Below, one piece after another: positions 46,942 to 64,000 of a DNA stretch of 64,000 nucleotides (within the stretch, counting starts at the first letter, position 1; each line of letters opens with the position of its first letter). The notes beneath the pieces were generated by a model. The model saw only the letters and a list, made by a program, of their open reading frames with translations, had not been told where the DNA came from and made no database searches. The stretch covers positions 1 to 64,000 of the forward strand of contig CAVYSY010000045.1 in assembly GCA_963771175.1 (NCBI GenBank), read 5' to 3'. Made by a program: the position numbers and the translations under genes. The DNA comes from an uncultured delta proteobacterium. Lineage in GTDB: Bacteria > Myxococcota > Myxococcia > Myxococcales > Myxococcaceae.

Positions 46942-49900
46942 ATGACTTCTGCTCGAATTGTCTCGTCTCCGCCGCCCGGTGTCCTCACGTTGGTCGATCT
47001 CGCTCGAGTCCGCGCCGAGCGGACCCCGGAGCAGACGCTCTACCTCTTCCTGGAGGAGGGCGGCTGGGAGGAGCAGCGCATCACCTTTGGGGAGTTCGAT
47101 CGGCGGGCGCGAGCCATCGCCAGCCGCCTTCAGGCGTTGGGGGCCGAGGGTGAGCGCGCGGTCCTCCTGTTCGCTCCCGGGGTGGACTACATCTGCACGT
47201 TCTTTGGGTGCCTCTACGCGGGAGTGATCGCTGTTCCGGCCTATCCGCCGGATCCGGCGCGCCTGGGCCGCAGCCTGCCCCGCCTGCAGGCCATCGCCAC
47301 GGATGCCAGGGCCCGGTTCGTCCTCACCACCTCCTTTATCGCCTCCATGGCCGAGTCGGTGTTCGAGCTCGCGCCGGAGCTGCGGGCCATGCACTGGCTG
47401 GCCACGGACGAGCTGGAGCACCAGGATGCGGACGCGTGGCGGGCGCCGGGGATCCGCCCGGAGGGGCTGGCGTTCCTCCAGTACACCTCCGGCTCCACGG
47501 GGATGCCCAAGGGGGTGCGGCTGAGCCATGGGAACCTGCTCCACAACCTGGAGCTGATCGCTCGGGCCTTCGAGACCTCGGAGGAGTCGAAGGGCGTCAT
47601 CTGGCTGCCGCCCTACCATGACATGGGGCTGATCGGTGGACTGCTCCAGCCGCTCTACCGGGGCTTCCAGGCGGTGATGATGTCGCCGCTGGATTTCCTG
47701 TCCCGCCCGCTGCGCTGGCTGCAGGCCCTCTCGCGCTACGGCGGGACGGTGAGCGGCGGGCCGAACTTCGCGTTCGACCTGTGCGTGCGCAAGAGCACGC
47801 CCGAGGAGCGCGCGGCGCTGGATCTGCGCTCCTGGCGGGTGGCGTTCAGCGGCGCGGAGCCCATCCGCCCGGAGACCATGGATCGCTTCTGCGAGGCGTT
47901 CGCGGTGGCGGGCTTCCGCCGCGAGGCTTTCTATCCCTGTTATGGGCTGGCGGAGGCGACGCTGCTGGTCTCCGGTGGCGAACCCAGCGAGCCGCCCCTG
48001 CTCGAGAGCTTCGACGCCGCGGCCCTGGAGCGCGGGCAGGTGGAGCGTCGGGCGGAGGGCGGCCGGGCCCTGGTGAGTTGCGGCCGGACCCGCGAGGGGC
48101 TGGAGGTGCTCATCGTCGATCCCGAGCAGCGCACCCGCTGCGCGCCGGGGCGGATCGGCGAGCTCTGGGTCGCGGGCGGGAGCGTGGCGGGGGGCTACTG
48201 GGACAGGCCCGAGGAGACGGAGCGCCAGTTCCAAGCCCGGCTGGCGGATGGGAGCGGCCCCTACCTGCGCACGGGGGATCTGGGCTTCTTCCAGGGCCCG
48301 GAGCTGTTCATCGCGGGGCGGCTGAAGGACCTGCTCATCATCCGTGGCCGCAATCACTATCCGCAGGATCTCGAGTACACCGTGGAGCGCAGCCATCCGG
48401 CGCTGCGTCCGGGGTGCTGCGCGGCCTTCTCGGTGGAGGTGGAGGGAGAGGAGCGGCTGGTGGTGGCGCAGGAGGTGGATCTGCGCAAGGCGCCCGATCT
48501 GGAGGAGGTGGGGGCGGCCATTCGCCGGGCCGTGCAAGAGGCCCATGAGCTGCATGTGCATGTCGCCGTGCTCCTGAAGCCGGGCACCATTCCCAAGACG
48601 ACGAGCGGGAAGATCCAGCGCCACGCGTCGCGCCGCGGCTTCCTCGAGGGCACGCTGGACGAGGTGGGCCGCAGCCAGGTCCACGCGGGACCCTCCCAGG
48701 AGGAGCCGCCCGCCGTCGAGGCCGCACAGGTGCTCGCCGCCACGGGGGCCGAGCGCACGGCGCTCCTCACCGCGTACCTCCAGACCCTGCTGTCGCGGGT
48801 GCTCGGGGGCTCGGGGGCCCGCGTCGACCCGGAGCGTCCCGTCCTGGAGCTGGGGCTCGACTCCCTCATGGCGCTGGAGGTGATCCATGTGCTGGAGCGC
48901 GAGCTGGGCGTGAGGCTGTCCTTGAAGGCGCTGCTCGAGGAAGTCTCGCCCCGCCAGCTCGCGGAGCGGCTCGCTGCCGCCGTCACCTCTCCGGCGCCGA
49001 TCGCCCCCCCGCCTGGGGCCGGCACGCGCACGGTGTCCCATGGGCAGGAGGCACTCTGGTTCCTTCACCAGGTAGCCCCCGAGAGCGCCGCCTACAACCT
49101 CTTCAGCGCGGTGCGCATCCGCTCCACTGTCGACGTCGAGGCCCTGCGCGCCGCGTTCGAGGCGCTCTCCCGGCGCCACCCGGTGCTGCGGACCCTCTAT
49201 CCGGTGCGCGACGGCGCGCCCACGGCTCAGGTGCTCGACGGGCCTGTGGACTTCGAGCGGGTCGAGGCCTCGGGTCTGGACGACATGGCGCTGCGGGCGC
49301 TCGTCTCGGATGAGGCGCACCGGCCGTTCGATCTCGGCCGTGGACCGGTCTTCCGGGTGCGGCTGTACGCACTCACGGACGAAGAGAGCGTGCTGCTGCT
49401 CGCGGTGCACCACATCGCCGCGGACCTCTGGTCCCTGATGGTGTTGCTGTCCGAGCTGCGCCAGCTCTATCCCGCGGCCCGTGAGCGGCGAGCGCTGGAG
49501 CTGCCAGCTCCGCTGGCGAGCTACGCGGACCATGTCCGCTGGCAGGAGGCGCTCCTGGAGGGTGAGGAGGGGGAGCGCCAGCGGACGTATTGGCGCACGC
49601 GGCTCTCGGGCGAGCTGCCGGTGCTCTCGCTGCCATTGGATGGCCCGCGGCCTCCGGTGCTGGGGACGTCCGGCGCGGCCCACCGCTTCCGGCTGGAGCC
49701 GAAGCTCGCGTCCCGGCTGAGGGCGCTGGCGCGTGAGGAGGGCACGACCCTCTTCACGGTCCTGCTCGCCGCCTTCCAAGTGCTGCTGTCCCGGTTGAGC
49801 GGGCAGCAGGAGGTGCTCGTCGGCAGCCCGGTGGCGGGCCGGAGCCTGGAGCGGTTCGGCTCCGTGGTGGGGTACTTCGTCAACCCGCTGGTGCTGCGCG

Positions 49901-52292
49901 CGGAGCTCTCCGGAGCACCCACCTTCCGCGAGTTCCTCGGGCAGGTCCGCGGCACGGTGATGGGGGCGTTGGAGCACCCGGACGTGCCTTTCTATCAGCT
50001 GGTGAAGGAGCTGAAGGCGCAGCGGGACGCGAGCCGCTCGCCGCTCGTGCAGGCGATGTTCGTGCTGGAGAAGCCCCACTCGCGCAGTGAGTCGTCGATC
50101 GCGGGCTTCGTGCTGGGGGACGAAGGCGCCGAAGCCGAGCTGGGTGGGCTGCGTCTGGGCGCCTTTCCGCTCGTGACGCGGACCGCGCCGTTCGAGCTGA
50201 GCCTGCGCATGGCGGAGGTGGGAGAGGCGCTCTCCGGGGCGCTCGAGTACAGCACGGAGCTGTACGAGGGATGGAGGGTGGAGGGGATGGTCCGGCAGCT
50301 GGTGGAGGTGCTGGAGCAGGTGGTGGAGAGGCCGGAGGAGAGGGTGGGCCGGTTGTCGCTGGTGAGGGGGGAGGAGAGGAAGAGGCTGCTGGAGAGAGGG
50401 AAGGGGAAGGAGGGCAAGTACCCGAGGGAGGCGAGCATCGGGGAGGTGCTGGAGGAGGTGGTGGAGCGTGCGCCGGGGGCGGTGGCGGTGGTGGGGGGAG
50501 GCAGGGAGGTGAGCTACGGAGAGTTGAACGAGAGGGCGGAGAAGCTGGCGCGCCGGCTGAGGGCGAGGGGAGTGGGACCGGAGCAGGTGGTGGGGTTGAT
50601 GGTGGAGAGGTCAGTGGAGCTGGTGGAGGGGATGGTGGGGGTGGTGAAGGCGGGAGGAGCGTATCTGCCGCTGGATCCGAAGCAGCCGAGAGAGCGGCTG
50701 GAGTACATGCTGAGGGACGCGGGCGCGCGGGTGGTGGTGACGCAGGGGAAGTGGAAGGGGCAGGTGGAGGGGCAGGGCTGGGAAGTGGTGGTGCTGGAGG
50801 AGGAGGAGCCGGAGGCGCAAGGGGGAGGGGAGGCGGTGGAGGTGGACGCGCGGGCGGTGGCGTATGTGATGTACACGTCGGGCTCGACGGGGCAGCCGAA
50901 GGGGGTGGCGGTCACCCATCGTGGCGTCGTGCACCTGGTGCGCGAGTGCAACTACGCGAACCTCTCCCCGGATGACGTCGTCCTGCAGTGGAACACGATG
51001 ATGTTCGATGCCTCGACTTTCGAGGTCTGGGGCGCGCTGCTCAACGGGGCACGGCTGGTGGTGAGCCCGCCGGGGCTGGCTTCGCTCGCGGAGGTGACGC
51101 GGCTCATCGCCGAGCAGGGGGTCAACACGGTGCTGACGACCGCGGCCCTCTTCCAGCAACTGGTGGACCACCAGCTGGAGGGGCTGCGCCCATTGAAGCA
51201 GCTGTTGGCTGGCGGGGACGCCATGCCGCCGGTACAGGCGAAGCGGCTGCTCGACACGCTCCCCGGCACGCGGCTCGTCAACGTCTATGGGCCCACGGAG
51301 AACGCGGTCTTCACCACCTGCCACACGCTCCAGCGGAGCTACGACGCGCGCACCAGCGTCCCGCTCGGGGTGCCCGTGGATGGCACGGACGTGTACGTGC
51401 TGGATGAAGAGCTGGAGCCAGTGCCGGAGGGAGTGGTGGGGGAGCTGTACGCGGGAGGAGACGGACTGGCGAGAGGGTACGTGGGGAGGCCGGAGCTGAC
51501 GGCGGAGAGGTTCGTGCCGGACCCGTACGGGAAGCCAGGGCAGAGGCTGTACCGGACGGGAGACCTGGCGAGGTGGAGGGGAGATGGAAGCCTGGAGTTC
51601 GTGGGGAGAGCGGACACGCAGGTGAAGGTGAGGGGATTCCGGATAGAGCTGGGGGAGGTGGAGGGGGTGCTGGGGAGCCATCCGGAGGTGAAGGCGGCGG
51701 CGGTGGTGGTGCAGGGAGAGGGAGCGGAGGGGAAGAGGCTGGTGGGCTTCGTGGTGGGGAAGGGGGAGGGAGGAGTGGAGGTGGGGGGAGTGAGGGAGTA
51801 CCTGGAGCAGAGGCTGCCGGAGTACATGGTGCCGAGCCTGCTGGTGGAGGTGGGGGAGTTGCCACTGACGGGCAACGGGAAGGTGGACCGCAAGGCGTTG
51901 GTGGGGAGGGTGGGAAGGCAGGAGGTGGCGGGGAGCAGCACCTACGAGGCGCCGAGGGACGAGACGGAGCAGAAGCTGGCGCAGCTGTGGGGGGAGTTGC
52001 TGGGGCTGCCGCGCGTAGGCATCCACGATGACTTCTTCGAGGCGGGCGGCCATTCCCTTCTCGCTACGCGGCTGGTGGCGCGTGTGCAGGAGGCCTTCGG
52101 CGTGGCGCTCCCCATCCGTGCCCTCTTCGAGGCCCGCACGGTGGCTTCCCTGGCTCCCCTCCTGTCGCGCCCCGAGCAGAGCGCGCCCGCTCCGCGCAAC
52201 GAGATCAAACGGATTTCTCGAGACGCACATCGTATCAAGCTGTCCCAGATCAAACCTTCTTCCGGCTCCAAGTCCGGCGGTGATTCACAGGC

Positions 52293-52296
<4 letters not shown>
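46942..52296 (+). CDS. Lipopeptide-initiating NRPS FAAL-ACP-C-A-PCP
   Basis: FAAL motifs FLQYTSGSTG, WLPPYHDMGLIG, CYGLAEATL and PKTTSGKIQR. ACP LGLDSL. C HHIAADLWS. A FDASTFE and VYGPTENAVF. PCP GGHS. Confidence 0.95.
50242..52067 (+). repeat. Direct repeat (offset 3320; copy at 53562-55387), purine-rich, interrupted by a non-shared specificity subdomain (50941-51390)
   Basis: 50242-50940 matches 53562-54260 and 51391-52067 matches 54711-55387 almost base for base. Confidence 0.92.
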
Positions 52297-61987
<9,691 letters not shown>

Positions 61988-61990
61988 CCC

Positions 61991-62749
61991 ATGGTGAAGG
62001 AACCTCTCATGTCCTCATCCCCCGCACGCTCCCAACGCTCGTTGGGGGCGCTCCTCACCGCGTGGCTGCGGGGGGAGCGCGCGGGGAGGCATTCGGAGCC
62101 GGGCGCGGTGTGGGCCTGCTTCGAGCGCCTCCACGCGTATGAGCCGAAGGTGCTCAGCTGGGTTCTGCCCGTGCCGGGCCTGGACCGGCGGTACCTGATG
62201 CTGGCCTTCCACACCGACTTCCTGCGCCGCTACACCGGCCACGAGGTGGTCCTCTTCGGAGAGCGCGAGTTCCTCTACTACTGGCTCCCCGGCGCCCGGC
62301 AGAACGCCACGGGCCATGTCTCGCCGGGCCACCATGCGCTCCTGCTGCACACCCGGACGGAAGGGCTGCGGCTGCGCCTGGAGCTGGAGAAGAGCGAGGA
62401 TGGGGCCCTCTCGGTGGGCGAGGTGGCCGTGACGCCGGAGGTGGCGCTCCCCGAGCGCACGGTGCTCTCCCCTCGCTCGCTGGACTATGGGCGCTACTTC
62501 CTGCCGGAGCTCGAGGCGGTCGTGATGATGTGGCTCACCTGGCACGCTCAGGCGCTCCACATGGGGGTCCTGAGGCCATCGCCTGGAGAGGCGGAGCGGC
62601 TCGCGGAGTTGGTCGAGCCCTGCCGGGCCCTGAACCCGGCCATCCGCGCCAGGGCGGGTGAGCTGCTCACCCGCCTGCCCCGCGCCACGCGCTCTCACCC
62701 GGTGCTGGAGGGCGTCCGGGTGCAGACGAAGAACTTCCCGAGCACATGA
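61991..62749 (+). CDS. Hypothetical protein (252 aa)
   Basis: Starts 3 bp after the NRPS stop; GC3-rich codons; no motif recognised. Confidence 0.6.
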   Translation: MVKEPLMSSSPARSQRSLGALLTAWLRGERAGRHSEPGAVWACFERLHAYEPKVLSWVLPVPGLDRRYLMLAFHTDFLRRYTGHEVVLFGEREFLYYWLPGARQNATGHVSPGHHALLLHTRTEGLRLRLELEKSEDGALSVGEVAVTPEVALPERTVLSPRSLDYGRYFLPELEAVVMMWLTWHAQALHMGVLRPSPGEAERLAELVEPCRALNPAIRARAGELLTRLPRATRSHPVLEGVRVQTKNFPST

Positions 62750-63495
62750 AAGCCAAGCCGGCCATAGAACTCCTTGGGCCAGTCCTCCGCGTCGGCCATG
62801 AGGAACGTGAAGGCGGCCCCGCGCTCCTTCGCGGCGCGCAGCGCTGCCGCCATGACCGCTCGGGCCAGCCCTCGCCCGCGGTACTCCTCCAGCGTCTCCA
62901 CGTCCTGGATCTCCGCCAGCTCCCCGCCCGGGTAGAGATCGCACGCGCTGGCAATCCTCCCATCGCAGATCGCGCCGAAGTGCCGGACCGACAACTGCCG
63001 GCCGAGGGTGTGGTTGCGTTCGGTGAGCTGCCGCACTGTCTCTTCGTCCCGGACGTACTCCATCCGGCGGAACATCTCCTCCCAGAAGGGGCGGATCTCC
63101 TCGGGCGCCAACTCCCGGACGGTGATGCGGCTGTCCGCCGGAGGCGCCTCTCCCGGATGCGCCATCACCCACTCGCACCGCACCTGCCACCCGAGCGAGC
63201 GGAGGCCCTCCGCGAGCCGCTCGCCGGCGGCCTCGTCATCCACCCAGACGCGGCGATGGGTGTGCCCGGCCTCCCCGTGCAGCGTCTCGGCCTGTCCCGC
63301 GAGCGCCTGCGCCGAGAGGCCCTCCGCGGGCGGATCCACGCGCAGGAAGTTATGGGTCCAGGATTGAGGGAATCGCTCGTTGAGCAGGACGGTCCCTCCG
63401 GGAAAGCGGAGGGCGCGCGTGGCGGTACGGTCCTGAAGCGCTCGGGAGAAGAGGCGGACCCGGGAGAGTGCGTCGGATGGCAGGTCGTTGTTCAT
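62695..63495 (-). CDS. GNAT-family N-acetyltransferase (two-lobed)
   Basis: C-terminal VETLEEYRGRGLA acetyl-CoA motif and FYGRLGF. Confidence 0.88.
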   Translation of the reverse strand: MNNDLPSDALSRVRLFSRALQDRTATRALRFPGGTVLLNERFPQSWTHNFLRVDPPAEGLSAQALAGQAETLHGEAGHTHRRVWVDDEAAGERLAEGLRSLGWQVRCEWVMAHPGEAPPADSRITVRELAPEEIRPFWEEMFRRMEYVRDEETVRQLTERNHTLGRQLSVRHFGAICDGRIASACDLYPGGELAEIQDVETLEEYRGRGLARAVMAAALRAAKERGAAFTFLMADAEDWPKEFYGRLGFHVLGKFFVCTRTPSSTG

Positions 63496-63603
63496 GGCAG
63501 GGGAGCTCAATGGCAGCACATACTACCAGGGCACCTGCGGTAGAGTCTCAACCCCGAATCCTGGCCATGCGCTGCATGGCCCACCCCACACAGGAGTCGC
63601 ATC

Positions 63604-63828
63604 ATGGCTACGAACGAGAATGAGGATACGACTGGCTACAAGGTCGTGGTGAACCACGAGGAGCAGTACTCCCTCTGGTCGGCCGATCGCGAGAACGCGC
63701 TCGGCTGGAAGGATGCCGGCAAGCAGGGCACCAAGGCCGAGTGCCTGGACTACATCAAGCAGGTCTGGACGGACATGCGCCCCCTGAGCCTGCGCAAGAA
63801 GATGGAAGGACAGTCGCACCGCAACTGA
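63604..63828 (+). CDS. mbtH: MbtH-like protein
   Basis: VVVNHEEQYSLW, GW and CLDYIKQVWTDMRPLSLR; AGGAG RBS. Confidence 0.97.
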   Translation: MATNENEDTTGYKVVVNHEEQYSLWSADRENALGWKDAGKQGTKAECLDYIKQVWTDMRPLSLRKKMEGQSHRN

Positions 63829-63852
63829 AGCCTTTCGAGAGCAATATCCCCC

Positions 63853-64000
63853 ATGTCCCAGCCCGCCAAGTACCTGAAGCCGAACGCCGCCGCCGAGCCG
63901 CTCTACAACCAGTGGTATGCGTGGTGGTACCTCGTGGCCCCGGCGACCGCGCCGCTCTTCGTGGCCAACCTGCATGTGAAGATCATGCAGTCGTTCGTTT
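63853..64000 (+). CDS. CmlA-like non-heme diiron beta-hydroxylase (MBL fold), N-terminus only
   Basis: Reads MSQPAKYLKPNAAAEPLYNQWYAWWYLVAPATAPLFVANLHVKIMQSFV, matching the YL-x-PN-x-EPL-x-NQWYAW start of this family; follows mbtH. Confidence 0.75.
   Translation, partial: MSQPAKYLKPNAAAEPLYNQWYAWWYLVAPATAPLFVANLHVKIMQSFV

Noticed and set aside
50271..50975. Gly-rich alternate-frame ORFs and Pro/Ser-rich antisense ORFs in the G-rich tracts
   Set aside because: They are by-products of the purine skew within the NRPS reading frame.

Overview
High-GC, myxobacterium-like DNA with no housekeeping genes. The whole 64 kb is part of one large NRPS/PKS biosynthetic region that runs off both ends. Left block (+): a partial NRPS, a KS-AT-ACP-TE PKS, a free-standing carrier protein, a PAPS-supply cassette (cysD, cysN, TauE-family exporter, cysC), an EmrB/EmrA-type efflux pair and a three-module NRPS ending in a TE. 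Middle (+): a PduX-like GHMP kinase in frame with a YbaK/EbsC domain, an argininosuccinate-lyase-like enzyme, a cysteine-synthase-like PLP enzyme and an ATP-grasp ligase (the enzyme set known for 2,3-diaminobutyrate synthesis), then a DUF5916-like outer-membrane protein. A convergent (-) operon holds a two-module NRPS, an HTTM/vitamin-K-dependent-carboxylase-like gene pair, an M28 membrane peptidase and a fused ABC exporter. Right block (+): a FAAL-initiated lipopeptide NRPS, a Val/Ser/diamino-acid NRPS, an orphan gene, a GNAT (-), MbtH and the start of a CmlA-like diiron beta-hydroxylase. The most unusual element is the (-) NRPS. Its last A domain is interrupted by a GNAT-like domain, it follows a C domain with an HHxxxDE motif, and it is coupled to the carboxylase-like genes. 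A ~2.9-kb inverted module duplication could also flip 12 kb and rewire the assembly line. Many frameshifts (1-8 kb, 9.4-10.4 kb, 15-24 kb, 55.7-57.8 kb) look like long-read indel errors, so boundaries there are approximate. All A-domain specificity codes were aligned by eye.
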